Shown piece by piece: positions 51,035 to 63,703 of a stretch of DNA of 64,000 nt. The DNA is from Felis catus (taxonomy: Eukaryota). The notes under the pieces are model-generated. The model was given only the letters and a program-made list of their open reading frames with translations, was not told where the DNA came from and ran no database searches. Position 1 is the first letter of the stretch; each line of letters opens with the position of its first letter. Both the position numbers and the translations under genes were made by a program. The stretch spans positions 135,100,001-135,164,000 of the forward strand of contig NC_058368.1 in the NCBI RefSeq assembly GCF_018350175.1. The letters are read 5' to 3'.

Positions 51035-51295
51035 GGTGTCCTACCCAAGTAAGCATCAGCTTGCCAGGCACAAGTGTGAGTTATCTTGGAAGGAGATCCT
51101 TCAGCCCCAGTCAAGTCCTCAGATGACTGCAGACCCAACCAACATCTTGAGTGAAATCTTAGAAAGATCCACAGCAGAACCATCCAGGTAAACTATACCT
51201 GACTTTCTGACCTACAGAAACAATGAGATATAAGAAATGTTGGTTATTGTTTATAGCCACTTGATTTTGTGGATAATATTTTACACAGCAATAAT
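51035..51295 (+). mobile_element. MaLR LTR 3' half (MLT1F/G/H-like)
   Basis: 'ccttcagccccagtcaagtcctcagatgactgcag...tctgacctacagaaacaatgagata...tttacacagcaataa'. Confidence 0.82.
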
Positions 51296-52840
51296 TGTGT
51301 TTTTATTTGCTAGTAAAATAAAACTGGAAAACAAAATCTAAAAAAAAAGTTTATAATTGTATCAAAACAAGTGAAATACTTAGGAATAAATATAACAAAA
51401 TAAGGGAAAACTTTTCACTAAAATTACAGAGCATTGCTAGAAGAAATTAAATATCTAAATAAATGGAGCTATCAACCATGTTCATGGATTGGAAGAGACA
51501 GTATTGTTAAAATACCAGTTCTCCCTAATTTAATATAAAGGTCTAGTTGTGACCTCAATCAGAAATCCTGCAGGATTTTTGTAAGAATTGACAAGTTTAT
51601 ACTAAAATTAATATGGAAATGTAAATAATCCAGAATAGCCATATAAATCTTGAAATAAGAATAAAGTTAGAGTGAGGCCTTAAATTATCTTATTTCTGAA
51701 TTATTATATGGCTGTACGATTCAATACAACACAATACAATGTTATTTTACTAGCATAAAAATAGACATATAAATTAATGAGACAGAATACAGAGCCCAGA
51801 AAGAGACCACACATATAGGATCAAATGGTTTTAGCAAGAGTGCTAAGACATTTCAGTGGGAAAAACAAAATCTTTTAACATACGATGTTGAAATTACTGG
51901 ATATCCTTTGGTGGAAAAAAAAAATGAATATGAACTTTTATCTCACACCATATCCAAAAGTTAGTCTAAAATGGTCACAGAACTAAATATAAATGCTGAA
52001 ACTATAAAATTGCTAGGAAAAAAAATCTTTGTGTTCTTGTGATAGGCAAAGATTTCTTAACATAGTCCACAAAACCACAAACTATAAAGGAAAAATGACA
52101 AATTAGCCATAATCTGAATTTAAAACTATTGCTTCCCAAAAATCAGCATTAAGGAATCAAAAAGTAAAGACACCAAGTGTGGAAAATAATTGTAATACAT
52201 ACATGGCAAAGTACTTGTAGCCAGAATAAAGAACTCCAAACCTCAATGATAAAAAGGCAAACAACTACATTAAAAATGGGCAAAGGGTTTAAACACACAT
52301 TTTACAAAAGAAGGTATATGGCCAGTTAGCACATGAAAGTCTCATCAGTCATCAGAGGAATGTGAGATATCTTTACACATATTAGAATGGATAAAATTTA
52401 AAAGATGGGTAATACCAGATGCTGTGGAGTTCTCATGAAAAACGGTACAATCACTTGAGAAAACTGACAATTCCTTAGAAGTTAAACATGCAGTATTTGC
52501 CATTTCACCCTTGCACTACTATTTCCACAAGATAAATTAAAACATACATCCCTAAGACTTATATATGAAGGTTTATAGTAGTTTTATTAATTAAGGCCAA
52601 AAATAGATCAATTCAAATGACCATTAGTAGGTGAATGGATATACATAATGTGTTATATCCACCTAACCAACACCACTCAATAAAAAGGAACAGATACTCA
52701 TATACATAACACAAAAGATAAATCTCAAAATCATTTTGCTGCATGAAAGAAGTGAGACACAAGAGAGTACATAAAGGGTTCCATTTATACAAGATTCTAG
52801 AAAATGCAAACTAATCTGTTGTGCCAAAACAGATCAGTGA

Positions 52841-53378
52841 ATTCACTCCTAGTTACAAGCCCAAAAGAAATAAAATATGTCCACACACAAAAAAAACTTG
52901 TACTTGAATATTCATATAATAACAGCATTGTTCATAATAGTTCCAAATTGAAAACAACCCAACTATTAACTGATAAACAGATAAATAAAATTTCGTGTAT
53001 CAATGTAATGGAATATTGTTCCACAATAGAAGGAAATGATGTATGAACCTTGAAAACATTACACCAAGTGAAAGAAGCCATCCATAAAGACCGCGCACAG
53101 TATGACTTCATTAATATGAAATGTCCAGAGTAAGCAAATCAATAGAGACAGAAAGTAACGGTTTTCTATGGCTGTGAGGTTGGGGCAAAATGGAGAGTGA
53201 CTACTAATGGGTACAGGTTTCATTTTGGGGATAAAGTTCTCAAATTGATTGTAGCAATGGTCACACAGCTTTCTTAATATGCCAAGACCTATTGAGTCCT
53301 ATGTTTTAAGTGAATAAATTATATGGTAGGTGAAGCCATTTTATTTAGTTAAATAAAGCTATTATTTTAAAAAAATTA
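52841..53378 (+). mobile_element. Nested L1 3' end (L1MB-like)
   Basis: Restarts upstream L1 sequence 'attcactcctag...ccaaaagaaataaaatatgtccacac' and ends 'aataaagctattattttaaaaaaa'. Confidence 0.8.
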
Positions 53379-53519
53379 ATCAGACTGGTTGTTGCCTGAG
53401 ACCAAAAGTGGACAGCAAAGGAGCAAAAGAGGAATCTTTTGGTGGCGATTAACATGGGTTTTGTTTGTTTGTTTGTTTGTTGATGGGTTTTTTTGTTGTT
53501 GTTTTTATTTTTAATTCTT

Positions 53520-53649
53520 GGGGCACATGGGTGGCTCAGTAGGATGAGTGGCTGACTCTTGATTTCAGCTCAGGTCTTGATCTCAGGGTCATGAGTTCAA
53601 GCTCTGAATCGGGCTCCACGCTGAGCATGAAGCCTACTTTAAAAAAAAA
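53520..53649 (+). mobile_element. Short Can-SINE lacking the CT tract
   Basis: Head 'ggggcacatgggtggctcagt'; body ends 'gaagcctactttaaaaaaaaa'. Confidence 0.9.
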
Positions 53650-55150
53650 CCTTTTTTTATATTCATTGGGTAAGCGATTTCATGACTGCAACTATGAAAA
53701 TTCACAGAGTTATACACTTCAAACAAATGCAATTTACTGTATGGAAATTGTTCAGGTTGCTTTTATAAAGAGCGTATACTGAAAAGTCTCCCTCCTAGGT
53801 GTGGTTCTCATTTCCCAACCCCAGATGAAATCAACATTACCAACTTCTTATATATTCTTTTAGGTGTATTTTATACATATGTAGGTACATTCATATATTT
53901 GCTATTTTTCCCAATCCTAAACCAAATGGTAGCATGCTATACAAACTCTTATATACCTTGGTTTTTTCCTTAAAAATTTTTGAAGAGTTATTGATTTTCT
54001 TTGATCTTGAAGATAATATGTAAAAATAGTATCTAATTTACTTACATTTATGTTTCTGTAACTTTGAGGAAGATTGTGTCTGCTCAGGGTTCTCCCAACC
54101 ATTTGCACTTCTTGCACTATAAACCACTATTTGTAACCTTTGCCTATTTTTCTATTACAGTCTTAGGCATGTACTTATTTATTTGTAGAAGCTCTTTCTA
54201 TATAAGCAAATTATCCGTTACGCGTGTTACAAGAGGCAAATATTTCTTCCAGTGTGTCATTTATATTTTGACTTGGATTATATTGAGTTTTACACAAATT
54301 ATTTTAATATAGTCTAATTTATCACTCTTTCATGACTTCTGGGTTCTGTGTTATATTTAGGTCTTTCCCACTTCACGGTTATAAAAATAATTCTCCAGAG
54401 GTTTCTTAGGTACGTTCGTGGATTTCATATTTTGTGCCCAAATCTTTAATCATTTGGAAATACATTTTGTAAAATGCAAAGGTCTCGAATTTTTTCCAGA
54501 TGGACACTCACTTGTTCCAATACCATTTATTGAGTAACCCATCTTTCACTGCTGTTTTGAAGTATCATCTTTATCATGCACTACATAACCATATGGACTT
54601 GGATCTATTTCTACACTTTCTATTTTATTCTACTGATCTGCCTATTCATGTAACAATAACAGATTGTACTATACTTATTATAGCTTTATAATAAGAGCTA
54701 ATAACTAATAGGCTAGTTTCTCCCTCTATCTTTTTTATCAGAATATTTCCTAGCTATCCTTGCTTATTTTCCATTTAAACCTTAGCAACAACTTGTATAG
54801 TTGTACAAGAAAAATCCTTTTGATAGTTTTTATTGGAATCATATAAAATTTATAGATTACAGGAAACTGACATCTTTCTGATTTTGATGCTTCCTATCCA
54901 AAATCAATTACAGTATGCCTTTTCATTTATGTCTCTTCTTTTCACTAGTCTTCAAGTCCTTTCCTAGCATTTAAATTTTCTTCTTTATAAGTCTTGTTTA
55001 TTCCCTTTTCAGTTGTTTTAATCTAATTGCATTAGCAAGAACTTCTTAGAATTTATTAAAGAACACTGATAATAGAGGACATCTTTGTCTTGTTCTTAAT
55101 TCTAATGGAAATGTTTCTAATATTTTCCTATTTAGAATCATACTGGTTGA

Positions 55151-55371
55151 AGGGCACCCTGGTGGTTCAGTCAGTTAAGTGGACAACTATTGATTTAGGA
55201 TCAGGTCATGATCTCACAGTTCATGGGATCAAGCCTTACATCTGTCTCTGAGCTAACAGCACACAGTCTGTTTGGGATTCTCTCTCTCCCTCTCTCTGTC
55301 CCTCCCTCTCCCTCCTCTCATGTATGCACATGCTTTCTCTCTCTCAAAATAAACAAAAAAACATTTAAAAA
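55151..55371 (+). mobile_element. Older Can-SINE with 17-bp TSD (1 mismatch)
   Basis: TSD aga(a/g)tcatactggttga at 55134-55150 and 55372-55388. Confidence 0.94.
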
Positions 55372-55954
55372 AGAGTCATACTGGTTGAGTAAAATACATA
55401 TACACACAAACACAGGTCTATTACTACCTATTGAGACATTTTTAAATTCAGGAATAAGAAACAAACTTTATTAAATGCTTTTTAAACCTTTATGGAGGTT
55501 GTAATATTATGTTTTACTTTACCTATTAATCTTATAAATTTGGGAGTAAATTTTCTTATTGAAGTATAATTGACATACAATATTATATTAATGTCAGGTG
55601 TACAACATAGTGATTTGACAATTACATACATTATGAAATGCTCACCATGATAAGTGCAGGATCTTAAAATCAATGCTATACTTGTTATAACATGTTTTGG
55701 AAGCTTACCTTCTTATTAAAGGTTTAAATGGCATGCAGTTCTCTAGCCTGTAAGGGTTTGATAAAATCACCCTCTGAATTCATCAAATACACTGTTTTTT
55801 TTTTTTTTTTTTAGGAAGGGAGCTATCTTGAAAAATGTTCTCTATTTTTATTATGATGATGGTGGAATGACATTTTTATCTCCTTTTGGTCAGTTCTGGA
55901 AATTTATACTTTTCCAGAAAATTGCAAAGTGTATCTGGATCCTGAAAATGATAT

Positions 55955-56212
55955 TTATTTATTTTTATTTTATTTTATTTATTTTTATTTTCATATTTAT
56001 TTATTTATTTAGAGAGAGAGAGAAGGAGGAAGAGACAGCATGCACATGTGCTTGCACAGGGACAGGACAGAAAGAGGGAGAGCAAGATTTTTATGCAGGC
56101 TCCACACTCAGCACAGAGCCCAATGTGGGGTTCAATCTCGCAACTGTGAGATCATGACCTGAGCCAAAATCAAGAGTCAGATGCTTAAGCAACTGAGCCG
56201 CCCAGGTGCCCC
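55955..56212 (-). mobile_element. Older Can-SINE with expanded (TTTTA)n tail
   Basis: Ends 'gagccaaaatcaagagtcagatgcttaagcaactgagccgcccaggtgcccc'. Confidence 0.93.
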
Positions 56213-57433
56213 TCAAATTTATTTTGATAAATGTAAACACAGACTGTCTTATAATTCTTTAATTTTCTTCTGCATAAATGGCTATTTTACTAGTGTCACT
56301 TCTTTTTCTACTCGTGCCTTCCTTTTACTCTTATTTAGGTCAACTAACACATCTTTAAAAAAACTTCCCTCGTACAACCACCTGTTGGATTGGTTATATC
56401 TCTGTTATCTACTTTTTAATTTATTTCTGTTTTATTCTCATTTTCCATCCTCTGCTTTCCCTAGCTTTGTTTTGCTCCTATATTGTTACCCTTCTAAAAT
56501 TGGACATTCAGCCATTTTCACCCTTTATTTATTGTTTATTACTATAAAATTCCTCTAATTACTGTGGAAGAGGGCCTATATCCGGATGGATCTCTTATGT
56601 TTTGTTTTCGTTACCATCGTCATTATTTTCTAGATAATTGGCAACCTCAATGTTGAGCCCTCTTTAGCTGAAAAATTTGTTTAAGAGAGAGTTTTTCTTT
56701 CCCAAGTGGTATTTTGTTTTGTTCTATGATTTTAATTTATAATTCTACTGCACAGTGATTAGACTAAATTAGTTAGAACTATTTCAACCATTTGAAATTT
56801 ATTCAGTTGTGCTTTATGGCCTGAAATTTGGTCAATTTTTATAAACATTCCATGTATAGAAAAAGTAAGTTTATCTTCAACTTTGATGGTACAGAGATTC
56901 TATATATCAGTAAATTCTAATTCAATAGTTGGGTCTTCTGTCCTTATTTTGTCCACTGGATCGCTCGTAAATAATTAACTTCTTCTCCACTAAATTGTCT
57001 GAATAATTTTTCCTGTTTTTTTTTAACGTTTGCCTTTATACCTGTATAATTCTATCTTTATTATTTATCAGTTAATTAAATAATCCTAGCTATAGAAAGT
57101 CAGGAATAACTTCATTATCTATAGCTTTTTATTCCCCATCCCCATTTAATTTTTATTATGTATATGATTTCTACATTTTCAGGGTTTACAATGTTTATAT
57201 TCCATTGATCATCTCCATTTCTTTTTATCTGTACTTCTTCATTTACCTACTTACTGGTTGGCTAAAATTCTTCTGCCACCATCGTCAGAAAGGGCTCATA
57301 TGAAAAAGATTTCCTCATCATTTTCTTTTTCATGTTAAGTAACGTTTTGTCATTGCTGTTCTTGTTGTTTTTATATGTAAAGGACAATTTGAACATAATT
57401 TCCTTGACTCACACATTCTTTCCTTCAGTACTT

Positions 57434-57625
57434 AATTTTATTTATTTATTTATTTATTTTTAGAAAGAGAGCAGGGAGGAGGGGCATAGGGAGAGAGAGA
57501 ATCCCAAGTAGGTTGCACACTCAGCGCGTAGTCCTACATGGGGCTCGATCCCATGACCCTGGGATCATGACCTGAACCAAAACCAAGAGTGAGACATTCA
57601 ATCAACTGAACCACGCAGGCACCCC
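57434..57625 (-). mobile_element. Older Can-SINE with 15-bp TSD
   Basis: TSD tttccttcagtactt at 57419-57433 and 57626-57640. Confidence 0.95.
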
Positions 57626-58130
57626 TTTCCTTCAGTACTTTAAAGACATTACTGCATCCTTGCTGACACTGAATGTTCCTGTGAAGAAGTCTGAGGCCAG
57701 CATTATTTTCTCTCTTACAGGTGACTTCATCATTTCCCTAATTCCCCCAATGTCCTTTAGCTTTAGGCCTACTAACTTTATAAGGAGATTTTGGCATTAT
57801 TGTTCTATGTCAACTCTTTCCTAGGATATGACCCGCCCTTCAAATTTCTGGATTCCAGTCCTTAAAGTGTTCTTGATTTATATGAAGTTTTCCACTTTAG
57901 AGGCACCAATTATGCCTGTCTGTATATATGTTATATATGTACATATATACTCATATATTTATATATGTATATGTAAATATCTATATTTATATCTATCTCT
58001 ATCTCTAGATATACTAGAGATAAATATACAGATATATACCCACATAGGTATATGTCTGATTCATATATGGTAACATTAAATCATACCCTCCATTCATTTT
58101 GGAAGTATTTAATTTAAAATTCAGACTCTT

Positions 58131-58363
58131 GGGGCGCCTGGGTGGCGCAGTTGGTTAAGCGTCCGACTTCAGCCAGGTCACGATCTCGCGGTCCGGGAGT
58201 TCGAGCCCCGCGTCAGGCTCTGGGCTGATGGCTCAGAGCCTGGAGCCTGTTTCCGATTCTGTGTCTCCCTCTCTCTCTGCCCTTCCCCTGTTCATGCTCT
58301 GTCTCTCTCTGTCCCAAAAATAAAATAAAACGTTGAAAAAAAAAATTAAAAAAAATAAATAAA
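58131..58363 (+). mobile_element. Young feline Can-SINE (SINEC_Fc-type) with perfect 16-bp TSD
   Basis: TSD taaaattcagactctt at 58115-58130 and 58364-58379; CpG-rich; long A tail. Confidence 0.97.
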
Positions 58364-58687
58364 TAAAATTCAGACTCTTGAAATACCAACAAAGTTTTTG
58401 CTGCATCTACAGACTTCTGAGCTGGCTATAAGATCACAAACAGATAAGCATAATACATGTATCAATCTTAGTGTCCTTCTCACACATTCCATCATCCACT
58501 AAAGAGCAAGCCCTTGATGGTAATAGCAAAAGTATCAGATAGGGGAAGCAATCTCAGTGTCCCTTAGAAATGACTAAATTAAGTCCCCAGCAATTTCTTT
58601 CCATTCATAATAATAGTATCATTCTACGCTCATCACAATTTTATGAGACTGAATGTTCTTTTCAGTTCTGTTGCATATCAAATACTG

Positions 58688-58690
<3 letters not shown>

Positions 58691-58734
<44 letters not shown>
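58691..58734. repeat. (AC)22 microsatellite
   Basis: Direct reading. Confidence 0.96.
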
Positions 58735-58738
<4 letters not shown>

Positions 58739-58745
58739 CCACTTT

Positions 58746-58987
58746 TTAAAAAAAAATTTTTAAGCCTTTAAGTGTTTTTTGTTTGGTTGGTTGGGTTTTT
58801 TTCAAAGAGAGAGACAGACAGACTACAAGAGTGGGAAAGGCCTACAGAGAGGGAGACAGAATCTGAAGCAAGCTCCAGGCTCTGAGCTGTAAGCACATAA
58901 CCCGACGTGGGGCTTGAACTCAGAGACTGTGAGATCATGACCTGAGCCAAAGTCGGTGCTTAACTGATTGAGCCACCCAGGCGCCAC
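58746..58987 (-). mobile_element. Feline Can-SINE with 16-bp TSD
   Basis: TSD cacacaaaaccacttt at 58730-58745 and 58988-59003. Confidence 0.94.
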
Positions 58988-60238
58988 CACACAAAACCAC
59001 TTTGATAAAATTCTTTAAACTTAGGAACTGCTGAAGTAAGATGTGGATATAATTAGAAATAGACTTCATGGAAAACAAGGATTTCGCCACGCTAAACAAA
59101 CTCTTGTAGGTCCCAACTCTATTAAAAAGCTTCAATAGGCAAGTATGTTTTGGGATATTATTAACTTCAGTTTTATTGAATTGTGATCAGAAAGTATTGA
59201 CGATAATATTTCTAACTTGGGGAATTTACTAAGATTAATACCTAGTTGATTATGAGATCAGTATTTGTCCATTTTCATGAATTTCCAAGGGCATTTAAAA
59301 ATGGTATATTTCCAATCACCAGTTTCTTCTATAAGTCTTATTTACACCAGTTTATGTTATATCGATCTCTTTTTTATCCTGACTTATTTTTTTCCTCTTG
59401 ATTTGGTCCCTTTTCCCTGTATTTCCTATTACTCCTGCTTAATCACTGTTGTGCTAATTAGAGATAGATATTTGTAGCTAAAACTTCTTTGTGAATTACA
59501 TCCGTTAGCACTCAATAACCTTTTTGTTTGAAATTATTTGGGCCCCTCAATTTTACCTTATCTGAAATTGACATAAGGGCCATAGCATTTTTCTTGTCTT
59601 TTTTCGCTGTACTCTGGTATCTTTTTGCTTGCCCTTCTCTTTTCAAACATCTCAGAGTTGTATTTTAGGTGTTTCTCCTGCATACAACATGAAATTGGGT
59701 TTTCCTATGTAATTCACTTTGAAAAGGGTTGTTGTTGTTGTTCATTTAATAGATGCATCAGACTCAACTTATATTTATTAATACGACAGGTAATGTTTAG
59801 CTTTAGTACTGTCATTATTTTATTTTTTGTTTTCTGCTTTTTATCCTTTTTTTAAAATGTCTTCTATTATGTGACTTGTTGATTTCTATATATTAATTTT
59901 GAGCCCTACTACCCAGCTGAAGTCTCTCATTCAGTAATGCCCATAAGTCTCTAGGTATACAATTTAAAATAAAATTCTTCTAAAGTGACAATTGGTGAAG
60001 TCTCCCCAAATATTATAAAATATGTATTTCAGTTCCAAAGCCATGTCATGTTCAGTGGGAAAACAGTAAATGCATTTCCATTAAGATCAGAAATACGACA
60101 ATTATTCCATTGTAACCACTATGGTAATACAATAATCTGAGAGAAAAGAATAAGTGGTATAAAAAATTGTACACAATGAGGTAAAATTATATACCCAGAA
60201 ACGACAAGAGAATCAACTGAATCAAAAACTACTTTAAA

Positions 60239-60454
60239 TTTTTTTTTAAGGTTTATTCATTTTTCAAACACAGAGAGACAGAGTGTGAGTGGGGGGAGGG
60301 GCAGAGAGAGAGGGAGGAAGACACAGAATCAAGCAGGCTCCAGGCTCCGAGCTGTCAGCACAGAGCCCCACGCGGGACTCGAGCTCAAGAACTGCGAGAT
60401 CATGACGTGATCTGAAGTCGGTCACTTAACAGACTGAGCCACCCAGGCGCCCCC
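60239..60454 (-). mobile_element. Feline Can-SINE
   Basis: Full-length; TSD-like aact(a/g)ctttaaa at 60227-60238 and 60457-60468. Confidence 0.95.
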
Positions 60455-60484
60455 TCAACTGCTTTAAACAATTAGAAAATTCAT

Positions 60485-60706
60485 GGGGCGCCTGGGTGGC
60501 TCAGTCAGTTGAGTGACCAAAGTCGGCTCAGGTCATGATCTCGTGGTTTGTGAGTTCGAGCCCCGCGTTGGGCTCTGTGCTGACACCTCAGAGCCTGGAG
60601 CCTGCTTCCGATTCTGTGTCTCCCACTCTGTCTGCCGCTCCCCAACTCATGCTCTGCCTCTCTCTGTCTCAGAAATACATAAATATAAAAAAAAAAAAAA
60701 TTTTTA
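60485..60706 (+). mobile_element. Feline Can-SINE with 11-bp TSD
   Basis: TSD agaaaattcat at 60474-60484 and 60707-60717. Confidence 0.96.
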
Positions 60707-61478
60707 AGAAAATTCATTAAGTTAAAATATGTAAATTTCTTTCATAGGTACACAAATTAGTTAGAAATCATATTGGAAAAACAAAAACACTTATAAATAA
60801 CAAGTCTCACAACCACAAAATATACTAGGAGAAAAAAAACCCAAAAACTTTCAAAAATTCATGGAAAAAAAAAAAGAAAAAACTTTTAAAACTCCTGAAA
60901 GGCACTTAAGAAGATTTGACCTAATAAAAAGGTGCACTGTCTTCTGAGATAAAAGGTGATTAGAATGTCAATTTATTTTATAACCTAATGCCACAACATT
61001 AATTTATACCAACCAATTTTTATTATAATATGCGAACACTTTCTTGTTTGAAACAAATAGCTTTTAAATCTCATGTGAAAAGATGATATAAATATCCCAT
61101 AAAACTCCAGGAAGGAGGAGCAGTGAAGGAGTAACGAGTCCAAATGAGTATTAAGATACATTATAAAGCTACAATAATTTAAATTGCATGATGTTACAGT
61201 AATTCATATTGCATGATACTGGGCATGAATCAATAGACCAGTGGAACAGAATAGGAAGTAGAGAAATAGTCTAAATCAACATGGAAATTCAGTATATGAT
61301 GAAAATGACATTTCAAGTTAATGGTGTTAGGAGAACAGAATGGCTAGCTAGAAAAACTGCTGTCATATCACCTACTTAAAATTTAATGAAATACATTCTG
61401 AATGGATCGAAGACTTAAATGCAAAAATAAACCATAAACGTACTAGAAAAAAAAAGTCTATGCACTTCTTTTGAATTT

Positions 61479-61653
61479 AAAATTTTTTTAATGTTTATTT
61501 ATTTTTGAGAGAGAGAGAGAGCGGGGGGGGGGGGGGGGGGAGTAGAGAGAGAAGGGGACAAAAGATCCAAGGCAGCCCACTCCATGATCTCACATGAGAT
61601 CGTGACCTGAGCAGAAATCAGATGCTCAACCAACTTAGTCACCCGGGTGCCCC
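61479..61653 (-). mobile_element. Can-SINE with internal deletion and G18 run
   Basis: TSD tcttttgaattt at 61467-61478 and 61654-61665; G run at 61523-61540. Confidence 0.9.
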
Positions 61654-62874
61654 TCTTTTGAATTTTAAAACGGGAATGGTCTTCCAGCTTATGACACAAA
61701 ATCTAAAAGCCATGTGAAAAGGACGGGTAAATATAACTATCCCTAAAATAACTTTTGAATAGCAAAATGATAGCGATAGGATTAAAAGATAAAAGGCGAA
61801 CTAGGAAAAAAAAAGCTGCCACTTGTATCACAAAGGGTCAATTTTTCTGTTTAAAGAGCTCCCAAGATTGATAAGAATATAGCTAATAATCAAATAGAAA
61901 ATATGGATAAATTATACGAATAGAAGTTCACAGAACATGAAATACAAACAACACAAATATGAAAAGATTTCCAATATAAGAGAAGGCATTAATATAATTA
62001 CACTGAGACGTATTTTTTTAACTTACCAGGTTGACAAAAAAATCCAAATATTTAAAAAGACTTTCTTTTGGCAACAGTAAAAGGTACAAAAGTATATAAA
62101 TGTGTGTACGCTTTGCCCCAGCAATCTGGCATTGGAGAATTTATCCTACCCATATATCTGTACATGTGAAAATGTTGTATTCAATATTATTTTTGCAATA
62201 TTGTAATAGTAAAAACTACCCAAGTATGAGAGTGACTGGTTACATAAGTAATAGTACATCCATTCAAAGAATGTTTTGAAACTTAAAAAAAATTTAGAAG
62301 CTATATATTGATATTAAAGTATTTCCAGGATATATTAAGCAAAAAGAATAAGGAACAAAACAGGGTATAAGCATGATAACTTTAGGGTTAGAAGAGCTGA
62401 ATATGAATATACATTCATATTTGCTCATATTTTATAAAAAATACCCTGGAAGACACATTAAAAAATGAAAAAATAGAGGTTATGTTGGTGGAGGGGGGCT
62501 AGATGAATTAGGCATAGAATGAGAAGAATAATTTATTAACTTCTAGATTTGTTTTAGCAACTAAATGAATCTATTGCCAACTCAAAGGATTAAATTTACA
62601 TAGCCTTTCTCTTTTTATTGGTGTGAATATAACTTATAGATTAATTTAGGTAAACATTGTTATATTTGCCCTGATGAGCCTTCCTATGCCTAAACAAGGT
62701 ATTCTTTTTCATTCTATTCAAATTTTCCTTCGTTATCTATCTCTAGGTCTTCACAATTTTCTTTCCACCAATATTAAACATTTCTTAGGACATTTATCAC
62801 TAAATATTTTACTGGTTTTGATTGTGTTATATTGTACTTTTCTCCATTACAACCTCTAAAAGATTACTGTTTGC

Positions 62875-63230
62875 TGTCCTTATGTGGGTGGGCTGCTATA
62901 AGGGAATATTACAGACTGAGTGGGTTACAAATGGCAGAAACTTATTTCTCACACTTTTGGAGGCTGGTAAGTTCAAAATCAAAGCACCAGAAGATTCAGT
63001 GTCTGTTGAGAGCTTCCTGGTTCATAGACAGCCATCTTTTCACTGTATCCTGACATGGAGCAAGAGGTGAGGGAGTTGTCTGGGGTCTCTTTTACCCTTG
63101 TAATGCCATTCATGAAGGCTCACCCTCATGACCTAGCACCTCCCCAAAATCCCATCTCAAGATATTATCCCATTGGTGTGGAGGTCTCAATATACTAATT
63201 TTGGAAGGATATAAACATTCAGTCTGTAGG
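62875..63230 (-). mobile_element. MaLR solo LTR (MLT1A-like) inserted in a minus-strand L1 fragment (~62620-63440)
   Basis: 'gggctgctataag...aacttatttctcacacttttggaggctggtaagttcaaaatcaaagcacc...ataaacattcagtctgtag'. Confidence 0.87.
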
Positions 63231-63537
63231 AAAGACTTAATTTTGTTATGCTAATTTTATATGCAGACATCTTTCTGAATTTATTCTTTTTTTATAATAA
63301 TTTTACAGTTGAACTTTTTGGATTTATTTCTCCTGTTCAATTGCATCAGTTTGGACTTCTGGAACAGTGGACATTAAATTACAGTATGCTGTGTGAACTT
63401 CCTTACTTTGCTCATGAATTTAATGGCAAATGTTTCATAAGTCTTCTCTCCCACCAAAAAAAAAAAAAAAATGTTTTAATGAGCTCTTAGGGCAAAGAAA
63501 AAGATGTATGGAGATGTATGTTCAGGATATGATAGAC

Positions 63538-63703
63538 CAAGTATTAACCAACTACATCCATGGGCCAAATCTAGCTTACTGCTTATTTTTATAAATTAAG
63601 TTTTACTGGAACAGAGCCACATTCATATGTACTATCCATGGATGATTTCATGGAAAATATTTACTATCTGATTCTTTACAGAAAAAAAAATTTCCATCTT
63701 CAG
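63538..63703 (+). mobile_element. MER58A-like hAT DNA transposon, internally deleted
   Basis: 'gggccaaatctagc...aagttttactggaacagagccac...aaaatatttactatctgattctttacagaaaaa'. Confidence 0.82.

Larger units (their letters stand above)
51330..53770 (+). mobile_element. Second L1 (ORF2 3' part and L1MC/MD-like 3' UTR), interrupted by another L1 3' end and a short SINE
   Basis: 'gaaatacttaggaataaat', 'ccatgttcatggattggaaga'; the 3' UTR stops at ~52840 and resumes at ~53379 and ~53650. Confidence 0.85.
53780..57920 (-). mobile_element. Highly decayed minus-strand L1 (L1ME-like) hosting several SINEs and a short carnivore L1 tail (~55550-55660)
   Basis: T-rich strand; 'ttgttccaataccatttattgagtaacccatcttt', 'gaggacatctttgtcttgttctt', 'gtgaagaagtctgaggccag'. 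Confidence 0.75.
59980..62600 (+). mobile_element. Decayed L1 ORF2/3' UTR (L1ME-like) hosting three SINEs
   Basis: 'aatgcatttccattaagatcagaaatacgaca', 'atagaccagtggaacagaataggaagt', 'ccccagcaatctggcattggagaatttatcctac'. Confidence 0.75.

Noticed and set aside
58131..58210. tRNA-like A and B boxes
   Set aside because: These are SINE heads followed by CT tracts, A tails and TSDs, not tRNA genes.
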